Below are positions 26,120 to 38,703 of a stretch of DNA of 64,000 bases, piece by piece. Source of the DNA: Lytechinus pictus (taxonomy: Eukaryota); contig NC_087246.1 in the NCBI RefSeq assembly GCF_037042905.1, positions 6,078,001 to 6,142,000 of the forward strand, written 5' to 3'. Both the position numbers and the translations under genes were made by a program. The notes under the pieces are model-generated. The model made no database searches. It was not told where the DNA came from and saw nothing but the letters and a program-made list of their open reading frames with translations. The number at the start of each line of letters is the position of its first letter. Positions within the stretch are counted from its first letter, which is position 1.

Positions 26120-26182
26120 TTGGCAGGGATCGAACCCCGTAGCCTTATAGTCAGGCGTCTTACGGCTCGACCACGGCACCGC
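26120..26182 (-). mobile_element. tRNA-derived SINE head
   Basis: Reverse complement GGTGCCGTGGTCGAGCCG...GGGGTTCGATCCCTGCC has A and B boxes. Confidence 0.6.
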
Positions 26183-26372
26183 TGGGTTTATCTGGTGGGT
26201 ACGCGCGATTATAGGCTATATTTTTCAATCATGTCTTGCTTTTTATGTGATATGAAATTCTGTGACAGGCGTCAAGTGCATGTGCTTTTACTAATTTATA
26301 ATTGCGCGTGTGTGGAACGGATAAACAAACTTGGAATCGAAACGGACTTTGAGGTGAGACAGTTGAAAGATA

Positions 26373-26407
<35 letters not shown>

Positions 26408-26450
26408 TACTACTGATAATAATAATAATAATGATGATAATAATAATAAA
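26373..26450. repeat. (CTA)n / (ATA)n microsatellite
   Basis: Direct reading. Confidence 0.9.
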
Positions 26451-26510
26451 ACACAGCGAGAAAATGAACGGGATGGGGCGGGGTAGATAAGGGGTGGTTT
26501 AAACATTCTT

Positions 26511-27724
26511 TTATTCCATTCTTAGAATAAACTCCATGAATTTCTTGTCATTCATAACCTTCACCAAATCTCTTTGTAATGGCATATAACAGTGGTAAGT
26601 ATCACCGATGATTTGACATACTGTACGAAATCAACCGCTTACAATATCGTTGCGTTCAATATATTAGGATGGGTCAATGAATTTGAATGGGCTTCGATGA
26701 TCAGGTCCGAAACAGACAAGGCAATAGACACTTTTAAAGACGGTGACGCCATTATTTCTCAACAAATATAATGGTTGGATACAGGGGCCGCGGAAGCGGG
26801 GGGACGGGGGGGGGGGGGCCTTCAGCCCCCAACTTTTTTCCAAAACCGTGTAAAAACGTAAAAATGACCATAATTATGATTGTGATTTTTTGCATGGTCA
26901 GCCCCCCACTTTTGGCTCAGCCCCCCACTTTGAATACCGTTCCGCGGCCCCTGCGATATATAACATACATTCAGTTAGTTGGTATGCTATAATGCAGAGA
27001 TTTGACCAACCCCCGTTTTTCTTGACAATTTTTTTTTATAGCAAACTAGCACCGCCCCTTTAAAACTCGATCCCAGGCTCTGTGCATTCAAAGTAATGAT
27101 GACAATCGTTGGCATTTACAAAGTTCGCGGCTGCACGTACATGTAGTTCTATTCGTTAATCTTCCCACTTCATACTTCGTAGGCCTATGGAAAATTTGGT
27201 TCACCTTTTGTTGGAACGGAATTTGTGGTCTTATGATCTTAAAGAAACGAATCATTTCATCATAGGTAAGTTCTAAAACAGAGTCTGCGTAGGCTTCTCT
27301 GAATAGTTTCAGCAATTTTTTTTCTTCCCGAGAGAAAATCAAGAAGTACCAACCTTTAGCCCACTCGGAACGTAAAAACGTGTATCCGACCCAGCTCATT
27401 GTAATATATGGCATGGACATATTGCAGATCACATCGTTTATTCATTATTACCAGAGTGTCTTTGAGAAATAGCCAAGAAGATTCTTCCTTTTTCAATATA
27501 GTTAAAGGCATTTTATTTAGGTGCACTATCATGAATGTCGAAGTGAAATTATGAGTTTATATTTATTGAAATGTATGTTTTGCCGATCCCTGCCTTGTTG
27601 ATTCTTCGGCCCTTCCTTCATACGGATTCTCCCCATACCCCTAGCTCTCTAGAATCTCTGCTTTTTTCCTGATATACTTGTCTTCATAGCGATTATGACG
27701 ATTGATGGTTGTTTGGATTGACAT
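26511..27724 (-). pseudogene. Decayed coding sequence, possibly Mab-21/cGAS-like nucleotidyltransferase
   Basis: Protein-like frames broken by stops and a MITE; RQGS...FD/FMIV, FSREEKKLL...YDEMIRFFKIIRPQ, HYSIPTN. Confidence 0.3.
26782..26953. mobile_element. Short hAT-like MITE
   Basis: TIRs CAGGGGCCGCGGAA / TTCCGCGGCCCCTG; no clear target duplication. Confidence 0.75.
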
Positions 27725-28453
27725 TTCTTAGCTATTTGTATCCTTATTCTACAATGCAATATGTTTCTTAAGTTACCATCACAAATGAACAGTTTTCTTC
27801 ATGTATTATCTTTTTGTAAGTTGCCATATGAATGATAAACTTTCAACACTTCCAATAAGGTCCAAGCCTTAAAAAAAATTATGTTTGCAAATACGTGTTC
27901 GGGTGCAGATACCAATATATGCATTATAGAATAATTGCATTTCTGATACGCCTAAATTCAGAATACAGATCAGGGACAGGTACTTAAAATCCCCTTTGGG
28001 TGTCACGCGCGTAAGACATTCCCCATAGACTTGTGTGTTAAAATGGCACTTTTGAAAAATTCATAAAAAATAAACGTGAAAACAGAGGGTCGAATGTTTA
28101 CTACCATTGGATAGGATATATTTTTATATCTGACATTCCATATCTGACCAGAGAAGGGTATTGTAGCCAGCTCATTTTAAAAATAAATCGCCATTTATGA
28201 AGATAACTATGATGGGATCAAATTTATCAACTGAAACAGTAAAATAGCCCTAATTCTTCCGCCAGTCAAAAAATAGTTCCAAAGTCATTTTATATCTTCC
28301 CAATTGGGAAAAAAAAGTTCAGCTTAGTTACCATTTCTAGAATCAGTGTTAGATTTTCAATTGTATTTATACACTTTTGTCAATCAGCAATATCAAATTG
28401 AAAAAAATTCGAATGGGTTGGGTCGAACTAATATCTTTAGCCCTCCTGTTGTA

Positions 28454-28691
28454 CACTGTAAAAACGCTGTTTAAAATTCTAAGCATGTTGTTTAAGCCTG
28501 TCACTTTAACAACTACTGTTTTGATTTTTAAAACAACTGATTAAACTTTTTTAAACAACTGTTTAAACTTTTTAAACAACTGTTTAGACTTTTTGAACAA
28601 CTTGTTTAAGAAGTTTAAACAATTACAAAAAGTTTAAACATTTTGTTGTTAGAGTGACAGGCTTAAACAACGTGCTATTTTTTTTACTGTG
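28454..28691. mobile_element. CAC...GTG MITE with 2-bp target duplication (CACTA/EnSpm-like)
   Basis: CACTGTAAAAA ... TTTTTACTGTG, TA flanks, internal TTTAAACAAC repeats; relative at 49257. Confidence 0.7.
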
Positions 28692-30086
28692 TAATTAGGC
28701 TCATGGAACCTTTGCTGCACAATACCGCCCTCTCTCAGCTGAAGCAACTTAACGTGTAAAATCGGCCTGGTAGCGGAAAAGGCCATATTTCTTTAATTAA
28801 TGATATACCCTTTTATGTTTTGTATTTGAATATTATTTGCTGATGTTCATCAAATAATTAAATGATGATGATTTTTATGGTCCAATGCACAGGTTTCCCA
28901 CTGTTACGTCCACCAAATAGGCCACTTGTGACGTAATGGAAATACTTGTATGGGGTTATTTTTGAGGGGGGGGGGGGGGCTTCCATAGAAGAATTAAAAT
29001 TCTTTTGACGATTTCAAAATGAGTTCGTACATAGTCAATTTAACTCATCACCAAAGTGCCTCTGTATGAACAAATTACACAAATGTGCCAAAGGATGCTG
29101 GAAGAACCACGCCCGCTGAGAACATAGCAAAAATTATAAACATATGTCTGCCAAAATGTCCATGGCCATGGGAAGAAACCCCAGGGGACAGGGGGACGCG
29201 TCCCCCATACCCAAAATAGTAGGGGAGACACAATATCAAATGTCCCCCTACCATTTTTTGTATTTTATGATGGAAAGAAATACATAATCTAACTAAAACG
29301 TGTATTTTGGGTGATAACCCCCCCTTTTTTTTTGCTTGTCAAATTTACTAGGGTCGAAATAACCAAATATTCTTACATTTGTGGTAATAACCTTTTTTTT
29401 CTTTACTTGTCAAATTTTTCAGCCCCTGGTCTCCTCTACCTTTGGGGGAGAGATTTCCGCCCTTGTCCATGGCCCAGGGAAGCGGGAGAGCGATGGGATG
29501 CTGGGAATTATTCACCATACAACACCCCCTGGAAATCCGACTATGCTAAAATGCGGAAATTTGACAAAAATCACTTTCATTTTGGAACGAAAACCTTCCC
29601 CATTTCTTCCCTTCATTTTTGTCATTTTCTTTTTCAAAACATGCACCCCCTCCAAAATCGTTCCCAGGGCCCTGCAGATAATGGATCTTTTTTGAAGCAA
29701 TAATAATACACTGTCCCACCATCATGTCAAAGCCGAGTTTGGGATCTTATATACCAATCTATACAGTAACCGTGGTGACAATTAAGCATGACATTCTCAT
29801 TTTACTGCAACTAGTCTACATAATCTTTAAGGGCTTCTTTCACGTCTATGATCTGCTTAAAGCTAGGGTTACACCAAACCTAATTTCTCCCGAATAATTT
29901 CGGACCAAATCAGAGGCAAATTGGTCCGGAATTAGTCCCGAATTGGAGCACAATTGTCAAGAATTGACTTCCAAGAATTACCAAAATGCCTCCCAGAATC
30001 CAACCGAATTCCATCTAAATACATCTTGAATGTGGCCCGAATGAATTATGTCGTGGCCACATTCGGGATTATTTTGGAGGGTATTA

Positions 30087-31596
30087 TAGTCCAGGATAGA
30101 AGGGGTCGAACCTTGTTTTTTTATATATACAATGTTTTTTTATGGTTTCTTGTCAATTCGAGGGTGCTGATTCCGAATCTGAATGATGCCACTCGTGTAA
30201 CCTTGAGCATTTTCTGCAAATTGGCAAAATCCAATATGGCCGCCAAAATATTCAAATTACCCATGAAAATCATAAAATTGTCTACACATTGGCTATAGAG
30301 TACATGCAATTGTGCTGCCGGAGTGAAATAATATCTGAAAAAATGATTTTTGTCAAAATATTTATTTTCTTGATATCAAAATGGCCGCCATCATAGACCC
30401 CTGTACAATATGAATGGGGAAAATTAATTTTTACAAAATTGAGCACTGATATACAAGTAATTATGATCTATGAGTGAAGCAATGTCTGAAAACATGATTG
30501 CTAACGATATATATCATTTGTTATGTCAGTTATGTGATAAATCCTGTATTTTGATATTCAAAATGGCCTCCAAAAGCCCTAACACTATTATGTACAATGT
30601 GAATGGTGACACAAAAAAAATCACAAGAGTGAGCACTAAAATGCATTTTGTTAAGATAAACGAGTGGAATACTGACTAAAAACATTATTGTTAACGAAAT
30701 TTATTATCTAACATGCCATGTATGTGATAAACCCTGTATTTTGATATTTAATATGGCCGCCAAAGGCCCTAAAATTATGATCTACGATGTGAGAGAGGAC
30801 AAAAACAATAACAAGGTGAGCACTAAAACGTATTTTTTTTGGTGGTAAATTAGTGGAATACCGCCTTCAAATATAATTTGCAACGAAATATATTATTCGG
30901 GTTTCATATTTGTGTTAAATATTGTATTTTGACTTTCAAAATGGCCGCCAAAAGACATTGACTGTATTATGTACAATCGATCTGGGAAACCAATTTTCAC
31001 AGGAGTCAGCACCATAACATGCATATAATTGTGATTTAAGAGTAAAATATTTTCTGAAAACATAATTTCTAACAAGATATATCATTCATTCTGCCAGGTA
31101 GGTGATAAATAATGTATTTTGAAAGTCAAAATGGCCGCTACAGGCCCTAACGGTAGGCCTATTATGTACTTTGTGAATGGGAACATATAATTTTAACAGA
31201 ATTTGGCTTTGCTTGACTAAATGGTGTTGCATGTATGAGTGAAATATCGTCTGAAAATATGATTTCTAACCAAATAGATCATTTCTTATGTTATTTACTA
31301 GGTGATAAATGCTATATTTAAATTTCAAAATGGCTGCAATATGTTTCTTTGTGGAAATTATATTTCCCCATTCAAATTTTACATATTAAGATAAGGGACT
31401 ATGGCGGCCATTTTTCATTTTTAAAAGGCTGCATTCATCACCTTTATGACACAAGCTATGATATATTTCGTTAGAAATCATTGGGTTTAGACAATACTTA
31501 ACACCAGGGGCGTCGATCCATTTTTCAGATTGGGGGGGCAAAATCATTAACGTTCCAAAGGCGCTCGATCGTACAAAACACCCACCCACACACCCC

Positions 31597-31694
<98 letters not shown>

Positions 31695-33738
31695 GACTAA
31701 TGAGACACAGACACGTATCTCACTACACAGATAGTACGAGTGCCAAGAGTGAGCTCAAATTTCTTTATATTCTGAGCTGAAAACTTGATATTCTTAGCAT
31801 TTTTGGTACCAATGATTAAAATTTTTATCTAAAAGATAATAGATGCGAGCGCGAAGCGCGAGCTGAAAATTTTGATATTTCGATCTGAAAAAATGACAGT
31901 TTACTGGACGTTTTTGATAAAGAACAAGCTATATATCCAAGAAAAGATGATTGCAAATTGAAGCAGTTCTTTTGAGGCTTAGAACTGAAAACGGGACATT
32001 TACATTCACCAATTTAATCATGAAAAGTATGGGTTTTTGCTACAGAAATGATGCGAGCGCGAAGCGCGAGCTGAAAATTTTTATATTCCAATCTGAAAAG
32101 CGGACATTTTGAGCACGATTTTTAAAATAAAGAACGAGTTGTGTATCTCAATCTCGCTTGCTGAACATTACAATTTTGTTTTTTTTATGCATATCCGGAA
32201 TTATTTGGGGGGGGGGCAAAATGATATGTTTGCCCCCCCCCCCAATATTTTCATTGGTGGGGCGATCGCCCCCCTGCCCCCCCAGGATCGACGCCTCTGC
32301 TTAACACTTACATCAAAATTAAGCCATTTTCATAGTAAAAATTTTGTCAAAATTATCTGTCCCCAGTTACAATGTACATACTACTTTGGGCTATGGCAGT
32401 AATTTTGAATTTCAAAGTAAGGCCTTTATTACCTTCTCAACCATTATGTGATGTATTTAGTCAGAAATCATGTTCAAGACCAAATTTACCTATACATCAC
32501 ATAGTTACGTGCGTTTTTTGTTCTCATTCTGGTGATGATTTTGTATTATGTTTTGAATGGAAATGAAATAAAAAGAATTGAATTGAATTGAAAATGATTA
32601 GTTTCTCTATACGCATGTTACAGAATTTGTAGGGGCTTGTGTGGCCGTTTTGAAAGTCAAAAATCAGTATTTATCACCTACATGGGAGAGGAAATGTTAT
32701 ATTTCATTTAAAAAATCACGTTTTCAAACAATATTTTCCTTATACAACAGAATTATATGGATTTCATAGTCAGGCAAATCCTAATTCTTTCAAAAGTATT
32801 TGTCCCCATTTACATTTTAGATAATACTGTAAGGGCCCATAGGGGCCATTTTGAATTTTACAAGACAGCATTTATCTCATGCATGAAAAAGGAGATGATA
32901 TGTTTCGCCAGAAAACATGTTTTTAGACAATATTTCACTCGTAGATTACAATTACATTCATTTTGTTGTTTTTACTCTTGTGAAAATTAGTGTCTTCATT
33001 CGCTGTGTACATAATACAGATAGGGCCTATGGCAGCCATTTTGAATGTCAACATGCAGCATAATTACCAAAATTGCAAGGGAAATGATATGTTTCGTTAG
33101 AAATCCTTGTTGTCAGACAGTGTTACACCAATATTTCGCAGTTATTGGCATTTTAAAGTCAAACAAATTCAAAGGTTGTGAAAATTATTTGTCCCCTTTT
33201 AGACATTGTACACAGTATAAGTGGTCTATGACAGCCATTTTGAATATCATAATACAGCATTTATCACATTAGATAGTATACAAATGACATAGTTTTGTTA
33301 ATAGTCATGTTTTCAGACAGTAGTCCACTCGCAGGTCACAATCACATGCAATAATAGTGCTCTTGTTTGAAAAAAATATTTTTCTTCATTCATATTCTAC
33401 ATAATAAAGTATACAGGGGTTATGGCGGCCATTTTGAATATCAATAAAATAAATATTTTGTCAAATATCGCTTTTCCAATTGGTATTTCACTTCTGCACA
33501 ACAACTACATGCATTTTATAGCTAATGTGTGGGCAATTTTATGATTTTCATGGGTAATTTGCATATTTTGGCGGCCATATTGGATTTTGCCAATTTGCGG
33601 AAAATGCTCAAGGTTACAAGAGTGGCATCATTCAGATTCGGAATCAGCACCCTCGAATTGACAAGAAACCATAAAAAAACATTGTATATCTAAAAAAACA
33701 AGGTTCGATCCCTTGTCTATGGGGCCTATCCTGGACTA
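30087..33738. mobile_element. Foldback Harbinger-like non-autonomous element (B)
   Basis: TAGTCCAGGATAG / CTATCCTGGACTA ends, roughly 300-bp TIRs, TTA duplicated, internal AAAATGGCCGCC repeats in opposite orientation in the two halves. Confidence 0.88.
31505..32299 (+). mobile_element. hAT-like MITE, family C
   Basis: TIRs CAGGGGCGTCGATCC / GGATCGACGCCTCTG; perfect 8-bp target duplication CTTAACAC. Confidence 0.93.
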
Positions 33739-34400
33739 TTAGCTGGTTTTGAACATTTCAAAACGAGCCGAATCCCTCCCGAATTTTCTCCAAGCATTCG
33801 GGGATGGAGAACAGATTACTCCCGATTGATTCTGGGAGCTCCCGAATCAGAGACGAATAGGTTCCGAATCCATCCGAATCAGGCTCTTTCGGGCAGAATC
33901 AGTTCGAATTTATTTGGGAGAATTCGGGTTTGGTGTAACACTAGACAGCTGGCATCCGTCTGTTTCGAGTTTTTAAAAATTGTCATATTGTTTTTATTTC
34001 TCCTCGTACACAGATGGCTCGCGATCGTGCAGCCGCCATTAATGTTAACAATGCAAAATCCCTCGACGGGGCTCATCGATTTTTTTCTTTATATCATAAA
34101 AATATATAAAAAGAACTGGACCAAAATAAAGATTATTATTCCGTTATCGCCTGAAATGCACCAAAACGGAAAAAAAACGTAATAGGAAAAAAACAGTGGC
34201 TTTCTTCGGCTGTCGCGCAACTCCCACTTCCCTGGTTTATCCGATCTTAATACATAAACCCCGGGACATAAATATAATTGAGTCCCTTTACAGATCGACT
34301 TCGGTCTCTGTAATTGTATTGGTGAGTGGAGCCAACGGAGTTCAACGGAACAACCGATATAACAGAGATCGAAGCTTTTGGTCTAGGGTAACCCTAGCTT

Positions 34401-35018
34401 AAAGCTAAGTTTACCCCGGATCTGGATCAGCTGCGAATCTATCCGAATAGTTGTATTCGGGTGGTTTCGGGAGTATTCTGTTCTCCCTCCGCGAATGCGA
34501 GAATATTCGGGAACATTCGCGGAGTAATTCGGCCGAATACCCTCCAAAATACTCCCGAATGTGACCACAAAAAAATTCATTCGGGCCACATTTGGGATAT
34601 ATTCAGATTACATTCGGTTGGATTAGGAGAGGCATGCGAATTATTCTGGGCAGATTCGGACCTATTCGTATCATTCGGGGCGTAACGGTCCGAGTTCGGC
34701 GCATTTTCTGACTCGGGTCGACATTCGGGTCGTCATTTAGCTATAATCGGAGCAATCGGGACTCATTCGTCTCTATTCTTGCCACTTTTTGGGTGGCATT
34801 CGGCCATTCGGGATGGCCGAAATTGATTTGTGTCCATTCTTGGCAATTCTGCGTTGAATCGGGACCTATTCGGGACCCATTCGTCTCTATAAAGGGAGCT
34901 CCCCGAATCAGAGACAAACAAGTTCCGAATCCACCGAAACCATCCGAATCAGGGCGTATTCGGACAGAATCGGTCCGAATCTAATCGGGAGAAATCGGAT
35001 CTGGTGTAACCCTGGCTT
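34401..35018. mobile_element. CCGAAT-rich MITE (family A), uninterrupted copy
   Basis: Homologous to the split element at 29863/33944; ends TGGTGTAACCCTGGCTT. Confidence 0.75.
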
Positions 35019-35157
35019 AAACAAGGACTTTACGATTCGGGACGGAAACCTTTCCTGACAGCGGCAAGGAGAACAATAAAAAACGTGTTTTCCCGGGACT
35101 CTTGCATTCGCATACGGGAACCCTTGCAAGCGCACTCCATGTTCTAAGTTTTCAAGT

Positions 35158-37345
35158 TTCATTGATCGCTAGCTCACGCCATTTTCTTAGTTTTCATGAT
35201 AACAAACTATGATTGATCGCTAGCTCACTCCATTTTCTTGGTTTCATGACATCAAACTATGATTGATCGCTAGCTCACTCCATTTTCTTAGTTTTCATGA
35301 TAACAAACTATCATTGATCGCTAGCTCACGCCATTTTCTTAGTTTTCATGATAACAAACTATGATTGATCGCTAGCTCACTCCATGATTTTAGTTTTCAT
35401 GACATCAAACTATGATTGATCGCTAGCTCACTCCATTTTCTTAGTTTTCATGACATCAATCTATGATTAATCGCTAGCTCACTCCATTTTCTTAGTTTTC
35501 ATGACATCAATCTATGATTAATCGCTAGCTCAATGTTTCTAGTTTTCATAACATCAAACTATTATCGATCGCTTGCTCACTCCATTTTCTTAATTTGCAT
35601 GATATCAAATAATGGTTGATCGCTGCCCTTTTTTCGGTTTTCATGACACCAAACTATGATTGCATGCATGATCGCTAGCTCACTCCATGTTATTGGTTTT
35701 CATGACATAACACTATAATGAATTGATCGCTAGCTCACTCCATGATTTTAGTTTTCATGACATCAAAATATGATTGATCGCTAGCTCACTCCAAGTTCTT
35801 AGTTTTCATGACATCAAAATATGATTGATCGCTAGCTCACTCCAAGTTCTTAGTTTTCATGACATCAAACTATGGTTGATCGTTAGCTCCATGTTTTTAC
35901 TTTTCATAACATCAAAATATTATCGATCGCTATGTAGCTCACTCAATTTTCTTAGTTTGCATGATATCAAATAATGATTGATCGCTGCCCTTTTTTCGGT
36001 TTTCATGGCATCAAACTATGATTGCATGATCGCTAGCTCACTCCATGATATTGGTTTTCATGACATAACACTATAATGAATTGATTGCTAGCTCACTCCA
36101 TGATTTTAGTTTTCATGACATCAAACTATGATTGATCGCTAGCTCACTCCATGTTCTTAGTTTTCATGACATCAAACTATGATTGATCGTTATAATGTTG
36201 CTCACTCCATGTTCTTGGTTTTCTTTACATCAAACTATGATTGCATGATCGCTTGCAAGCTCCATGTTATTGGTTTTCAAACAGGGGCGTCGATCCATTT
36301 TTCAGATTGGGGGGGGGGGGCAAAATCATGAATCGTTCTAAAGGCGCTCGATCTCACCAAACAAACTATGAGAAAGATACTCGGACACATATCTCACCAA
36401 CAAATTAATGCGAGCGCGAAGCGCGAGCTGAAATTTTTTATAATGCTGACCTGAAAACAGGAATGGTACCTGTTTAGGACTGTTTGTAGCAGTAACTCAT
36501 GTGGAGGATACATATCTCACTACACAGATAATGCGAGTACCGAGAGCGAGCTGAAATTTCTTTATATTCTGACCTGAAAGATTTATTTTTGGTACTAAAG
36601 ATTAGGATGGGTATCTAAAATAACAATAGATGCGAGCGCGAAGCGCGAGCTGAAAATTTTGATATTTCGATCTGAAAAAATGGACAGGTTAATGGACGTT
36701 TTTAATAAAGAACAAGATATATATTCAACAAAAGGTTATTGCAAATCTGAGCGGGAGTTCTTTTTAGGTGTAGAACTGAGAACGGGACATTCTGTTCATC
36801 TAATTAATCATGAAAAGTATGGGTTTTGGTACATAAATGATGCGAGCGCGAAGCGCGAGCTGAAATTTTTTATATTTTGAGCACGATTTTAAATAAAGAA
36901 CGAGTTGTGTATCTCAATCTCGCTTGCTGATTTCTGTGTAACACTGCAATCTTATTTTATTTTTGCACATGCAGCAGAATTATTGGGGGGGGGAGGGGGG
37001 GCAAAACGATATGTTTGCCCCCCAATATTTTAATTGGTGGGGCGATCGTCCCTCCCTGCCCCCCAGGATCGACGCCTCTGACATCAAACTATGATTGACC
37101 GCTAGTTCACTCTATGTTCTGGTTTCCAGCATGACATCAACTATGGCTGATTGCTAGCTCACTCCCTGCTCTTGGTTTTAATCATATAAAATCATGAATG
37201 ATTAATGATGCAGTCCATTATTAGTTTCCCAGATTCGATCAAACTAGGATAATCATTGATTGCTCGCACATTCAGTTTTCTTGATTTTCTTAATGAACCA
37301 ATGATTGATTACTGGTCAACTCCTTGTTCTTGGTTTTTATGACAT
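35158..37345. repeat. About 57-bp minisatellite, roughly 20+ copies, interrupted by a MITE
   Basis: Unit CATGACATCAAACTATGATTGATCGCTAGCTCACTCCATTTTCTTAGTTTT; degenerates after 37100. Confidence 0.93.
36282..37080 (+). mobile_element. hAT-like MITE, family C
   Basis: Same TIRs and internal sequence as 31505-32299. Confidence 0.92.
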
Positions 37346-37683
37346 ATCTATCGTATCGATTATGAGAGAAGAACGTGTCAATAGGGCATAATACCATTGA
37401 GTGTGACGTGTGCTAGACAGGAATAACCGTCGTTTCTGGGGATTTATTCAACAATTTCTGACATTTTACTGTAATCCCCATATGAGCCAACGCAGTTCAG
37501 CGGAACAACCAAAATACAGAGACTGAAGCTTTTGGTCTAGACGTGTGCGTACTCGATTGTTTTCTTCAGTGCCCCTATATAAATTAGACCCGTTTTAAAT
37601 CCGAAGCCCTGCAGCTGTCATGTTTCGTGTAATGATCGATGTAGAATGTGACGGATTATTTTTTTTATCTTGTTTCTTTTTAG

Positions 37684-38619
37684 ATGCCTCAGAGAATGGC
37701 TGGATCCACAGATGATAAATTGCTGACGTCCGATGAGGCCTTTTACTTCGTCCAAGATGTATTGGGCATGTCTTCCATCAAGCTGAAGGATAATCCACAG
37801 GAGTTTCTCAAAGACCTCATCAGAACATATTTGCATCATATCCCCTTTTCGAACGTCCAAAATATGGCGACGCCTCAGCACTCTAGACACGTTCCTACCG
37901 TATCCGAGATCAAGAGATATATCTTCACTAAAATTGGCGGAATGTGCTACCAACACAATGTTGCATTTTATCTTCTACTTAAAGCATTGGGTTATGATGT
38001 TTCTCTCATCGCATGCGACATTCAACACCCCAGTGACCACGCCGCCATCATCGTTCATAGTTTAACGAATGAGGGTAGCAGACATTACGTCGATGTTGGT
38101 AACGGGACTCCATTGTTTAGCGTGGTTCCTTTCGACTTCAAGGACGAGTCGCCTCCATATCATCACTCTTTCCTGCGTTTCAAGTTTTCCCGCCAGGGTG
38201 ACATCATATATTGTTTGCATCAAGTTGAAGGTCATCCAGCCAAGCAGACGATGGAAGCTAATCGTATCACCGATGGCTGGTATCGATTTATCACCATACA
38301 TTTCAAAGAAGGTGTGGCGATATCACACTTTGAACCCAGTATGACGCCAATTTATGTCGGTTGTTCTGATACACCGAAGAGTGTCTTCCTGACAAGTGTA
38401 AGGTGCATGGCGTTTCCTAACGGTCGTTTCGTGTGTATTAAAGACACTACTTTCTTGATCGAGAATGAAACTGGGAAGATAACCAAATCCTACTTTAGGT
38501 CCCTTGAAGAGATCAAAAAAGCATTTGCTCGGTATTTCCCTCAGGTCTCACAGGAAATGTTAGATGTTGCCTTGAATGATGAATTCATAACATTAGATTA
38601 CAAAAAGGGAATTCTGTGA
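37684..38619 (+). CDS. Arylamine N-acetyltransferase family protein (NAT-B), 311 aa (307 aa if ATG 37696 is used), intronless CDS
   Basis: HIPFSN, GGMCYQHN (Cys), DHAAI (His), YVDVGNG (Asp); acceptor TTTTTAG immediately before 37684; collinear with NAT-A (RCMAxPxGRFxCIKDTT). Confidence 0.93.
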   Translation: MPQRMAGSTDDKLLTSDEAFYFVQDVLGMSSIKLKDNPQEFLKDLIRTYLHHIPFSNVQNMATPQHSRHVPTVSEIKRYIFTKIGGMCYQHNVAFYLLLKALGYDVSLIACDIQHPSDHAAIIVHSLTNEGSRHYVDVGNGTPLFSVVPFDFKDESPPYHHSFLRFKFSRQGDIIYCLHQVEGHPAKQTMEANRITDGWYRFITIHFKEGVAISHFEPSMTPIYVGCSDTPKSVFLTSVRCMAFPNGRFVCIKDTTFLIENETGKITKSYFRSLEEIKKAFARYFPQVSQEMLDVALNDEFITLDYKKGIL

Positions 38620-38703
38620 ATTAGGCTACATGTAATTAAGAGAATTATGTTAGAAGGAAAGAGGGGTGGGGTGTTCACACCCTGCTTCCTTAGCCTTATA
38701 ATA

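Larger units (their letters stand above)
29863..33944. mobile_element. CCGAAT-rich MITE (family A) split by nested insertions
   Basis: Ends CTAGGGTTACACCA / TGGTGTAACACTAG; homologous uninterrupted copy at 34401-35018. Confidence 0.75.

Noticed and set aside
35158..36280. CRISPR-like array
   Set aside because: Whole units are repeated; there are no unique spacers.
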